Shown here: one piece after another, positions 38,324-47,413 of the stretch
Position numbering within the stretch: position 1 is the first letter of the stretch
Layout: every line of letters begins with the position of its first letter
Assembly (NCBI GenBank): GCA_963668175.1
Contig: OY764159.1
Location: forward strand, 2,240,001 to 2,304,000
Direction of reading: 5' to 3'
DNA from: Syntrophales bacterium
Lineage (GTDB): Bacteria; Desulfobacterota; Syntrophia; Syntrophales; PHBD01
Length of the DNA: 64,000 nucleotides
Notes under the pieces: generated by a model
Database searches by the model: none
What the model was told of the DNA's origin: nothing
What the model saw: only the letters and a program-made list of their open reading frames with translations
Program-made: the position numbers and the translations under genes

Positions 38324-40540
38324 TCAATCCGTCTTGACGACCCTGATCTGTCCCTTCCACTTCGATGCCGGGCCGGGTGTGGCGAAGAGCTTCTCCACCC
38401 GGGCCAGCCGCTTGGCCGCTTCGCCCGTCGGCTTCCCGGCGGCGGAGACGATTCTCCTGATGACGTCCAGGGTTTCCCGCCGGGCATCGGCATTGGGCGG
38501 CAGCATGGCCGGAATGGCCGCCAGGGCCGCCTCGCTGTCCAGGGTGAGGGAGAACAACTGTTCGCGCACCGCTTTCTTGTACTCGGCGAGGGACATGACG
38601 CCGTATTCGGCGTGGATGCGCCGGAGGACCTCGAAGTGGCGCTTGTCCACGCCTGTGCCTCCCATGGCGATGTAGACCAGGCTGCGCACGGCGGCGGTGA
38701 CCAGGTCCCCTTTGGCGATGCCGGCCTTGATCTCGGCGATGCGCCCCTTGACGAATTTGATGCGCTCCGGCTCGATTCCGGGGCGGCGCCTCGGACCTTC
38801 GCCCGGCGTGGCCCTCATGCCGGCCATGGCCTGGACGAGCGGCGCGCTGTAGACGGCGAGAAAGGCGTTCTCCAGGCCCCAGTCCCGCCAGCTCCGCCAG
38901 GCGTCGAGCAACGCCGTCATCCAGATCGAAAAGCTTTCCTGGAGGGCGGGCCACGGGTTGTCGGGAGACACGGGCATCCGGTTCTCGCGCACGACGTCGG
39001 CGTAGCCGGCGACGCGATTCATGAGCGGATTGCTGTCGGAGAATACCTCGAAGGGCAGCTCGGACGGATTCAGCTTGTGCATCCAGAAGGCGCTTTGCTC
39101 CGTTGCTGCGGCGCGCACGCAGGGCTGGAGAAAGGTGCGGTACAGGCCGAGATTGATGTCCGACACCCTCCGCACGGTGGCGAAGCGAAGCTCGTTTTCC
39201 TCGCTTGGCCGGACGATGGCCCGGATGTCGTCCAGGGTGCGGGGCTCGAAGCTCGTGATCCAGTTCCCGTCGGCGAGTTCGGGGTTGACCGTGTCGTGGG
39301 CCTTGGGGCTGATGACCGCCTCGTAGATGCCGGGGGTCAGGATGTCGATCAGGTCGATGTTGGACGTGAATTCCTCGTGCTCTTTCCGGGCCACGCCGGC
39401 GGACACGAAAATGCCCAGGTGGCCGATGTTCTCGTGGACGGCGTAGACGATGGTCTGCCCGTTGGCGGTGAGGTCGTCCTCGCTATCGTACAGGTCGACG
39501 ATCCAGCCCAGGGCCTGCTGCGGCGGGGTGATGTTGTCGCCCTCGGAGCAGAAGCAGACGATGGGCGAGCGGATGTTGCGCAGGTCGATCCGTATGCCGT
39601 CGGATGTCGTGATCTCGGCCGTGGCCAGCCGGTTGCCGACGAACAGCTTGTCGACGATCCACTGGATCTCGCCGGCATCGAGGTCCACGTGGCCGCCCCA
39701 CCAGGTTTCGAATTCGAGGAAGCGCTCCGCTTCGGCGTCGACCTTCGCCCAGAGGTTGTAGTTCTTGTTCCAGATCGTGTTGGCGGGGTTCAGGTTCTCG
39801 AAGTTGCCGACGAGGTACGACCCGTCGAACTTGCCGTTGCCGAGGTCGCTGGCGAGCGCGGCCATCCAGCTTCCGCCCAGGAGCCCTCCCGAATAGCGCA
39901 TCGGGTACCGCCGTTCCAGGCCCGCCCAGTAGGACAGGGGCGCTCCGGCGACGATGATCGGGCCCGGCAGTTCCGGCCGCATGGCGGCCAGCATCATGAC
40001 CGCCCAGCCGGCCTGGCAGTTGCCGACGATGCAGGGCCTGCCCTCCGCCTGCGGGTGCCTTTCGACGATCTCTTCCAGGAACGCGGCCTCGGCGCGGACG
40101 ATGTCCTCGATGGTCTGGCCGGGCATCGGGTTGGGCGTGAAGCCGATGAAGTAGCAGGGGTGCCCGGCCCGCATCGCCATGCCCACCTCGCTGTCGAGCT
40201 TGAATCCGCCTATTCCCGGCCCGTGGCCGGCCCGCGGGTCGATCACGACGAACGGCCGTTTGCGGGGATCGATGGCGGTCCCCTCCGGGGGCTCGATCCA
40301 GGCGAGCATGTAGTTGACGGGCTTCTCGAAGGTGCGGCCGTCGAGGATCACCTCCACCCCGAAGTGGAGGACGTGGGGGACCTTCCGCGACCGGTGCTTG
40401 TAATATTGGTTGCTCCGCCGCCGCAGGACGTCCCAGAAAAGGACCGTGCGCTGCGAAGCGTCGATGGCGTACTCCCAGGCGTGACGGACGGGGGCGGTCA
40501 TAAGCGCAAGAGGGGATACGGATAGGGCTGTATGGGGCAT
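38324..40540 (-). CDS. DUF3141 alpha/beta-hydrolase (PHA synthase/depolymerase-related)
   Basis: DPRAGHGPGIGGFK, GNCQAGW, GDNITPP, GHLGIFVS. Confidence 0.85.
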   Translation of the reverse strand: MPHTALSVSPLALMTAPVRHAWEYAIDASQRTVLFWDVLRRRSNQYYKHRSRKVPHVLHFGVEVILDGRTFEKPVNYMLAWIEPPEGTAIDPRKRPFVVIDPRAGHGPGIGGFKLDSEVGMAMRAGHPCYFIGFTPNPMPGQTIEDIVRAEAAFLEEIVERHPQAEGRPCIVGNCQAGWAVMMLAAMRPELPGPIIVAGAPLSYWAGLERRYPMRYSGGLLGGSWMAALASDLGNGKFDGSYLVGNFENLNPANTIWNKNYNLWAKVDAEAERFLEFETWWGGHVDLDAGEIQWIVDKLFVGNRLATAEITTSDGIRIDLRNIRSPIVCFCSEGDNITPPQQALGWIVDLYDSEDDLTANGQTIVYAVHENIGHLGIFVSAGVARKEHEEFTSNIDLIDILTPGIYEAVISPKAHDTVNPELADGNWITSFEPRTLDDIRAIVRPSEENELRFATVRRVSDINLGLYRTFLQPCVRAAATEQSAFWMHKLNPSELPFEVFSDSNPLMNRVAGYADVVRENRMPVSPDNPWPALQESFSIWMTALLDAWRSWRDWGLENAFLAVYSAPLVQAMAGMRATPGEGPRRRPGIEPERIKFVKGRIAEIKAGIAKGDLVTAAVRSLVYIAMGGTGVDKRHFEVLRRIHAEYGVMSLAEYKKAVREQLFSLTLDSEAALAAIPAMLPPNADARRETLDVIRRIVSAAGKPTGEAAKRLARVEKLFATPGPASKWKGQIRVVKTD

Positions 40541-40693
40541 CGCTGAATCTCCTTTGGGAAAAAAAGGGGAGTTATCTCTTAACGTTCTCGGGATGTTGCG
40601 TCCGACGGATTAGAGGGAGGCGAGCTTGCGGCAGGATTGGCGATAACGTCCTTCTCTAATCCAAGTATAGGGAATGCGCTTAAGCGCGTCAAG

Positions 40694-41242
40694 TCAATCC
40701 TTGCCGGACTTTTCCAGATTCATGCGCAGGGCGCGCATCAGCATCTGCGAGAAGACATCGGGATCGATGCCCTTCTCACTGAATCCGACCAGTTTCGTCT
40801 TCCCGGTTTCCTGGTCCTTGATCTTCGCGATGCCGTCGATGACGACGATGTCGTGATCGTCCTTCACGGAAAGGTCCGCCCGGTAGCCGAGAAGCTCGAA
40901 GGATTTCTCGATGATGGACATGTGCCGGTCCATGATGTCCCTGCCGGCGGTGAGCCCCGACGTGAAGTTGAAAAGTTCCCAGATCAGGCCGACGGGGATT
41001 TCGACCTTCTCCCGGTTCATGATTTTGTAATTCGCGTAGCCGAGGTAGCAGGCGCAGAGCGTGAACGTGGGGAGGATCAAAAGGTCGTAGACTTCGCCGC
41101 TGGCCTTGACGTCGTTGGGGACGGCCTCGCCTTCCTTCACGACCTTGATGCCGGAAAGGTGGGCCTTTCTCTTGCTGGCCGAAAGCGTCGTTTTCGGTTC
41201 GGATGTGTCTTTCCTGCGCGGCGTACTCTTTTTCGTCGTCAT
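40694..41242 (-). CDS. Hypothetical protein
   Basis: 182-aa ORF with GGAGG RBS and host-like codon usage; no family recognised. Confidence 0.65.
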   Translation of the reverse strand: MTTKKSTPRRKDTSEPKTTLSASKRKAHLSGIKVVKEGEAVPNDVKASGEVYDLLILPTFTLCACYLGYANYKIMNREKVEIPVGLIWELFNFTSGLTAGRDIMDRHMSIIEKSFELLGYRADLSVKDDHDIVVIDGIAKIKDQETGKTKLVGFSEKGIDPDVFSQMLMRALRMNLEKSGKD

Positions 41243-41469
41243 CGTGCGACCTCCAGGTATCGTTCCAAAGAAAAAACCGCTTTATCTAAGGGAATTCGAT
41301 CTCCCGTTTCCCCGTCCCGGCCCCCTTAGGGGGTGCAGGTTACAGGCGAAACACAACACCGGCCTATGACTCCTATGATACCGCATATTTTACGAATATC
41401 AAGAAAATTTGCATGGCGGGGGACGGCCCCTGATTAAGCAAAATTTAACTAAACCCGGCGTGAAAACGG

Positions 41470-41826
41470 CTACATCCGGTATCCCGGCTTCTTGTACAGC
41501 CTGTCCTGCTTGTTCAGGATGTCCGGCTTGTAGACCTTCTCCGCCCATTCGGCCGGGCTTATCTCCTCGATGGAAACGGAAACCGAATCCTCCCCGCATT
41601 GTATGATGGAGACGACGTCCCTGACGATGGCCTCGGCGAGGCGCTTTTTCTGCGCTTCCGAGCGGCCCGGATAGAGCTTGACGATGATGTGGGGGTCGAT
41701 GTCCGTCAGGGTTGCGGCACTGCCCGCGCGGGCGGTGCTCATGCCGGCGAGATTTCCCGCGGCGGCCGCCCCCAGCACGGCGGCTCCGGTCGCCAGAAAC
41801 CGGCGGCGCGATATTTTCCTGTCCAT
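41470..41826 (-). CDS. 4-oxalocrotonate tautomerase-family (PptA-like) protein with Tat signal
   Basis: SRRRFL Tat motif, then PHIIVKLYPGRSEAQKKRLA..W..VY.PDI..LYKKPGY. Confidence 0.85.
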   Translation of the reverse strand: MDRKISRRRFLATGAAVLGAAAAGNLAGMSTARAGSAATLTDIDPHIIVKLYPGRSEAQKKRLAEAIVRDVVSIIQCGEDSVSVSIEEISPAEWAEKVYKPDILNKQDRLYKKPGYRM

Positions 41827-42113
41827 GGGTTCTCCTTTCCGTGAGATGTTTTTGGCAGGCCCGAATGGCCGCCGGTGCGGCCTGTCGTCGATCCTGTTCG
41901 TCCGCCCGGAACGGCATAGTGCCCGCTACGGGACCGGACCGGTTTTTTTATTATAAATCATAGCACGGAATCGACGGCGAATTGAACCTGGGTTTTGAAG
42001 AAAGTCTGAAATATCGGAAAAGGTGATGAAATGGGAGGTGTTTCGTACACCCATGAGTCAGGAATATGAGAGTCAAATGAAATGTTGAGGATTATGACTT
42101 GAAATCAAATGCT

Positions 42114-42189
42114 CTGCAACGCTGAGTAGCAGGTACGAGGCTGTCATCCGGTGGGGTATGCTACTGACTGTTTGAACGCCTTGTTCGGC
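42114..42189 (-). other. Degenerate attC-like site
   Basis: Minus strand GCCGAAC-AAGGC-GTTCAAAC just after a stop codon; inner inverted repeat AGTAGCA/TGCTACT; ends CAGCGTTGCAG. Confidence 0.4.
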
Positions 42190-42192
42190 GAT

Positions 42193-42669
42193 TCACATTC
42201 TGTTATTCATTGGCGGTACTTCCAAATGCTCTGACGCATAACTTACAAGAAGATATTTTTCTAAGGGTATTTCTAAATACAAATTGTTTCGCTTATCCTC
42301 AAACTGCATATAAAATTTCTTGTCCCAGGTCCTACACTCCCCAAGAAATTTCATCATTGCTTCACCCGATAACCTGTGGTTGAGAATCTTGGTATAATAA
42401 CATTTCACGTTTTGTATGCCGAGCCTTTGAAATACATGTGTCATCCGAATGTTCGTCTGCTGACTGTTTCTAGACGTATTATTGGTATCTGTCTCTTGGT
42501 TATACCTCGTGGCAATTGGCTGTTCTGTTTTGCCAAAGTACAGAATATTACTCATTCCTGATAGACGCGGAATTGTCCGATTAAGTACAAATATGTAGGT
42601 CACGTTTTTATCGTACTGATTATTGAATTGAATCCAGTCGTACGCATCTTCTATCGTTTCGTAGTTCAT
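42193..42669 (-). CDS. AT-rich hypothetical protein, GIY-YIG-like N-terminus
   Basis: TYIF...ILYFGKT....RY pattern; C-terminal E...PPMN. Confidence 0.55.
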   Translation of the reverse strand: MNYETIEDAYDWIQFNNQYDKNVTYIFVLNRTIPRLSGMSNILYFGKTEQPIATRYNQETDTNNTSRNSQQTNIRMTHVFQRLGIQNVKCYYTKILNHRLSGEAMMKFLGECRTWDKKFYMQFEDKRNNLYLEIPLEKYLLVSYASEHLEVPPMNNRM

Positions 42670-42925
42670 CTGTATTTTCGCCGAAAACAGGGTATCTCCT
42701 TGATCTATTAGGTGATATTCCGGTTCTCTGGGTCCCCCATATCAGTTGATTAACTAATAGCAATTCATCCCATATTTCCGCTGATTATGATTTAAAAGCT
42801 ATATCTTACATATATGTATGTCAAATGCTGGGTACAAGCATAAAAGAAGCAACGTTCCGTTCGCGGCAGTGGTCGTTCGGCTATTTGTGACCGTTCGCCC
42901 CGAATTCTTATATATGCGGTCCGCT

Positions 42926-43159
42926 CTATTCTCCTGCAAGCGACGCGGCGACGATCTGGAGCCATTCCGCAAACGACCCGGCGGGCCGGTTGTTGTCCAC
43001 CCTGAGGAAACCCGGATCGTAAGGACGCGGCGCACCGCCGAACCAGTTGACCCATCCCCGGCCGGGAATCCAGGCCAGGGGAACGTTCCATTCCTTGATT
43101 ACGAATAACGTTCCTTCCGGGAAATCCGACGCCTTGGGTAACATGGGGTTATCTTTCAT
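42926..43159 (-). CDS. Small hypothetical protein (paralog of 44251-44484)
   Basis: 66/77 aa identical to the second copy by manual count. Confidence 0.75.
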   Translation of the reverse strand: MKDNPMLPKASDFPEGTLFVIKEWNVPLAWIPGRGWVNWFGGAPRPYDPGFLRVDNNRPAGSFAEWLQIVAASLAGE

Positions 43160-43457
43160 TGCGCCCCGATCATGATGATACGTAAGGAACTTCCTTTGTA
43201 TGGTTCGTTTCTAACGCTGCACGGCAATCGGCTGCCGCGACTTATCGCTTTGAGATGGCGGGAGGACGGAAGCAGATGTGACTTCCTAACGAGTTCATAT
43301 ACATCTAAGACATGCTGAAGACCTTTTCGCGGAATCGCCGTCATAATCATGCCCTCCGTTTCGGGATCATACCGTTGCGGCGTGTGTCGGGATCGGCCCA
43401 TGACGAACTTATCGGCAATCGCTTTACGAAAGACGGAATGAAAAAATTCATGCGATA

Positions 43458-43790
43458 TTATTTCAGGCCCGTCAGTCTTCGCAGCAGGATGTCCTCGACA
43501 TTCTGCCGAGAGTCGAGGACGGCCAGGACATAGACCTTGTCTTCGGAAACCCGGTATATGAGCCGCCACGGCGCAACGATCAGTTCCCGGTACAGCGTAA
43601 TGCCCTGGTCCAGAAGTTCGGGGACCGTGCGCCCCCTGTCGGGAAAGGACGTAAGCCGGGAAGCCCGCTTTCTGATTTCGTCGAAGACCGCATACGCCTG
43701 CCGGGGATTTTCCCCGGCGATATAGGCGACGATGGACAAAAGATCGTTTTCCGCCGTTTCCGTCCACTGCACGTCGAAGGTCTTCTTCAT
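43458..43790 (-). CDS. Type II toxin, RelE/ParE family
   Basis: VQWTETAENDL..I..YIA, FPDRGRTVPE, YRELIVAPWRLIYR. Confidence 0.9.
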   Translation of the reverse strand: MKKTFDVQWTETAENDLLSIVAYIAGENPRQAYAVFDEIRKRASRLTSFPDRGRTVPELLDQGITLYRELIVAPWRLIYRVSEDKVYVLAVLDSRQNVEDILLRRLTGLK

Positions 43791-44068
43791 GGAAGCCTTT
43801 CTTTCAGGATTCTTTCGACGGCGGCGAATGCCTTCGCCTGGGACCTGGTTCTTCCTTTCCTGACATCTTCTTCGCCCTGGGAGAGCAGCTTGAGGATGCC
43901 GATGGCGTTCCTCATGTTTTCGTAGCTTTGCGGGTCCTGCAGCACCGCCCTCGGTTCCCCGTTCTGGGTAATGATCACCGGCCGATGCGTTGCGTTTATC
44001 TGTTTCAACAGATCGGGTGCTTTCGCTTTCAGATAGGTAATGGGTTTGATGTCCTTCGATATATTCAT
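43787..44068 (-). CDS. Type II antitoxin, Phd/YefM family
   Basis: DIKPITYLK, PVIITQNGEPRAVL; 4-bp overlap with the toxin gene. Confidence 0.92.
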   Translation of the reverse strand: MNISKDIKPITYLKAKAPDLLKQINATHRPVIITQNGEPRAVLQDPQSYENMRNAIGILKLLSQGEEDVRKGRTRSQAKAFAAVERILKERLP

Positions 44069-44250
44069 GCTCGTCTCCTTCAGTCTTTATATCGTATCAA
44101 AAAAAGACCGAATGTCAATGTCGTTTATGGACGGCGACGAATCTTTGCATGAAAAGCCGCTCCGGAATGTTCAAAGGTTTTATTGCGAGACGGCAAGCCG
44201 GAATTCGCTGCGGCCGGCCGCAACGCTGCATGCCGTTTGCCGCTCTTTCG

Positions 44251-44484
44251 CTACCCGTCCTCAAGGGATGCTTCAACGATTTGGAGCCATTCCGCAAACG
44301 ACCCGGCGGGGCGGTTGTTGTCCACCTTGAGGAAACCCGGGTCGTACGGCCGCGGCGCGCCGCCGAACCAGTTGACCCATCCCCGGCCGGGAATCCAGGC
44401 CAGGGGGACATCCCATTCCTTGATCACGAAGGACGTCCCTGCCGGGAAATCGGTCGCCTTGGGGAGCTTCGGATTGTCGTTCAT
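44251..44484 (-). CDS. Small hypothetical protein (paralog of 42926-43159)
   Basis: ATGA overlap with the upstream hydrolase gene; FVIKEWDVPLAW..NWFGG. Confidence 0.75.
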   Translation of the reverse strand: MNDNPKLPKATDFPAGTSFVIKEWDVPLAWIPGRGWVNWFGGAPRPYDPGFLKVDNNRPAGSFAEWLQIVEASLEDG

Positions 44485-45833
44485 TGCGGCTTCCTCTCCA
44501 CGGTTTTCTGCGGGCCTGCGCCTTCCCCTCGTCCGTCCCGGCCGCTGCCCTTAAGCTCCCTGTCCATGATCTCGCTGAATTTGCGGAAGACCGCCCGGTC
44601 GGAGAGGATCGACTCGTGCGTGCAGTCGAACGCAAAGGCCCCCCTGGCGTTGCTCACGGCGCGCTGGTCCGTGGCGCCGTTTCCCGCCACCCGGTCGTGC
44701 CGGCCATAGAAGAGGTAGTGATTCACCCGTTGCGACAGGCGGGCGTTCAGCGTCCGGCTGATGAAGGGGCTCTGCGTGCCGACATCGTACCAGCAGGGAA
44801 TCTTCTTCTGCGGTATCGCCGTCGCCACGTCGGCCATGGGGAAACCCGTCCAGGGCGTGGCGAACGTGGCGTAGAGCCTGACGTAGCCGTCCGGCTCGTC
44901 CAGGTCGTAGCGGGTCAGAAGCGACCGGGCGATCAGCCCGCCCACGCTGTGCGCGGCGATGCCCATCTTCCGGAAACCGTATTTTTTGTGAAGCTCCGAG
45001 AGGTCTTCGTACAGGAGGCTTGTCGCCAGCGTGAGCCGCATGCCGGACGGGTAGTAGTAGAACCAGGGCTGGTAGCGCCTGCGGTCCAGGCGGATCAGGA
45101 AATAGACCCAGTCCTGGGGCGTACCGCGGGCCCCGTGGACGAAAAGCACCGGGATCTTGCCGGGGTCGTAGGGCTCCAGCATGTAGATGCGCGCCCCGAA
45201 GGCCTTCATGAAGCCGGAGGGGCTCCACCAGCCGGCGGCGGCGTTCTCTCGGGAGAACCGCTCGTCGTAGATCTTCACGATCTCGCCGTTTTCGCCCCGC
45301 TGACGGACCGTCTCGCCGTTGTTGCGCAAATCGAGCATGCCCGGCGTTTTGATCGTGCCGGCCCGTGCCCGGTTCGTCGATATTTCGACGTCTTTCGCCA
45401 CGACGCCTTCCCGGAGGACGATCTCGCGGGGCGAGTCCGGCGAATCCCCGTAAGCGCCGCAGATTTCGCTTTCGTCGAATGCGCCGTCGCCGTTGAAGTC
45501 GCATGCCGCGTACAGGCGGTACCGGCCCGCGGGCAGGTAGAGCATGAACGAACCGGTGCCGTCGAGGACCGCATAATCGGCGACCGCGCCGCCGGACGCC
45601 GACATCGCGTAGGCCACGACCGCCGCCGGATAGCGCCCGGAATCGCCGCTTTTGAGCGTGCCCATGACGACGGCGGAATTGTACTCAAACCTCGCGTCTT
45701 CGCCCGTGCCCGTGCGTTCGTCTTTAAGGTTGGCGTTGTCCCGCGTTTCGATGCCGAGGTAGCTGCAACCGCTTAAGGCGAGGAGGATTGCAAGCACCGG
45801 GACCAGGGACGATTTCATGCGCTTCATGCCCAT
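44481..45833 (-). CDS. Lipoprotein with C-terminal alpha/beta-hydrolase (lipase/esterase-like) domain
   Basis: Lipobox LSGC; PVLFVHG, AHSVGG, ATPW.G, CTHESIL. Confidence 0.85.
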   Translation of the reverse strand: MGMKRMKSSLVPVLAILLALSGCSYLGIETRDNANLKDERTGTGEDARFEYNSAVVMGTLKSGDSGRYPAAVVAYAMSASGGAVADYAVLDGTGSFMLYLPAGRYRLYAACDFNGDGAFDESEICGAYGDSPDSPREIVLREGVVAKDVEISTNRARAGTIKTPGMLDLRNNGETVRQRGENGEIVKIYDERFSRENAAAGWWSPSGFMKAFGARIYMLEPYDPGKIPVLFVHGARGTPQDWVYFLIRLDRRRYQPWFYYYPSGMRLTLATSLLYEDLSELHKKYGFRKMGIAAHSVGGLIARSLLTRYDLDEPDGYVRLYATFATPWTGFPMADVATAIPQKKIPCWYDVGTQSPFISRTLNARLSQRVNHYLFYGRHDRVAGNGATDQRAVSNARGAFAFDCTHESILSDRAVFRKFSEIMDRELKGSGRDGRGEGAGPQKTVERKPQ

Positions 45834-45849
45834 CGACTCTACGCTCCCC

Positions 45850-46839
45850 TCAGGGTTTGCCGGCAAGCAGCCGGGCGATTTCCGAATGGCCGTTTTTCCT
45901 GGCGAGGTCCAGGGCCGTCTCTCCCTTGGCATTCTTCAGGGACGGGTTCGCCCCCCTGACGATCAGGTGGAGGACCGCCGAGTAAAGGCCGTTTTCCGCC
46001 GCCGCCATGAGCGCCGTCATGCCCGCGGCATCCCGGGTGTTGAGGCACTTCTTCGCCGACAGGAGCGGGACGAGATCGCCCTGCTTCCGGTAGACGGCCC
46101 GCAGGAGCGGCGTCCGTCCCTCCGGGTCGCGGGCGTCGGGGTCCGCCCCCGCGGAGATCAGCGCCTTGACGACGTCGGCGCTTCTGGCTTCGGCGGCCAG
46201 GTGCAGGGGCGTGTTGCCGGAATAGTCCCTGACGTTGACGTTTGCGCCGCTCTTGATGAATGACGGCACCAGGTCGTCGAAGCGGTAGACGATGGCCAGG
46301 TGGACGATCGTCTGCCCTTCGGCGTTCTGGAGATTGACGCCCCGACCGTCCCTGAGCAACAGATCGATCCCGTCCCAGTAGCTCCGGTAGAGGGCCCACA
46401 TCAGGGGCGTATAGCCTTCCGTGTCCCGGACGGCCGGATCGGCCCCGCTTTCCAGGAGAAAGGCGACCATCCCGGTGTTGCCCTGCCTGACCGCGATGAG
46501 AAGGGGCGTGGAGCCGAATTCGTCCCGGACGTTCAGGGCGGCCTTCTTCGAGAGGAGGTATTCCATGAGCCCCACGTTTCCGCCCTGGGCCGCGTACATG
46601 CAGGCGTTCCAGCCGTAGCGGTCGCGGACGTTCACGTCGGCGAGGCCTTCTTCGAGAAGGCGCATGACCGCGACGGTGTTGCCGTCCCGGGCCGCATCGA
46701 GAAGGAGGCTGCCGGCGTCGGCGGCCGTCGGGGGCGCGTCGCCTTCCGCCACGTGGATGCGGGGAGGGGCGCAGGCCAATATCGGCAGCATGGCCGCGAT
46801 GACGAGATATCTAAACATGCATCGCAACGGCGATTTCAT
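45850..46839 (-). CDS. Ankyrin-repeat lipoprotein
   Basis: Repeated G.TPL..A units; LAC lipobox-like motif. Confidence 0.9.
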   Translation of the reverse strand: MKSPLRCMFRYLVIAAMLPILACAPPRIHVAEGDAPPTAADAGSLLLDAARDGNTVAVMRLLEEGLADVNVRDRYGWNACMYAAQGGNVGLMEYLLSKKAALNVRDEFGSTPLLIAVRQGNTGMVAFLLESGADPAVRDTEGYTPLMWALYRSYWDGIDLLLRDGRGVNLQNAEGQTIVHLAIVYRFDDLVPSFIKSGANVNVRDYSGNTPLHLAAEARSADVVKALISAGADPDARDPEGRTPLLRAVYRKQGDLVPLLSAKKCLNTRDAAGMTALMAAAENGLYSAVLHLIVRGANPSLKNAKGETALDLARKNGHSEIARLLAGKP

Positions 46840-47183
46840 ACTTTTATAGAACTCACGATTCCGTAGAAGACGGCGAGCCAGACCGTGTCGCCGTCGGGGT
46901 CCGTCCATTCGACGCGGTGCCTGACGCCCGCCGGGATGTTCAGGTAGTCGCCGGCCGCAAGGACGATCGTTTCTCCTGTGTCCGCGAGCGTGATGCCCGC
47001 GCTTCCGGTGAGGACCAGGACGAATTCGTTCTCCTTCTGGTCGTACCGGAAGCCGGGAGGCGACGCATGGCCCCTTGAGACGATCCGCTCGATCCGGACG
47101 CTGCCCGCCGCGCAGAGCGTCTCGATCAACTCTTCCGGCAGTTCGGCCGGTATGCCTTCGTACATCGATCCCCTGTCTGCCAT
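46836..47183 (-). CDS. Cupin-domain protein
   Basis: VRIERIVSRGHASP..YDQ..EFV, IPAGVRHRVEWT. Confidence 0.88.
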   Translation of the reverse strand: MADRGSMYEGIPAELPEELIETLCAAGSVRIERIVSRGHASPPGFRYDQKENEFVLVLTGSAGITLADTGETIVLAAGDYLNIPAGVRHRVEWTDPDGDTVWLAVFYGIVSSIKV

Positions 47184-47413
47184 GCCTCTTCCTTAACCGA
47201 TAACCGTTGTTCCGTCCACGGGCTTGTGCATCTGAGGCCGCGCGTTTACGGTCCTTTACGATTATTAACAGAAGTATCGTGGAAATGAAACAGGTAAACG
47301 GGGCATGATGGGGAAAGGACGGCGGCCGCCGATAGGCCGGGCGGACGCTCTAAATCGGCTGCACCGGTTTCTAATGAATCGCCGCGATTCGGCGAAGGAG
47401 GGACGAGGATAAA

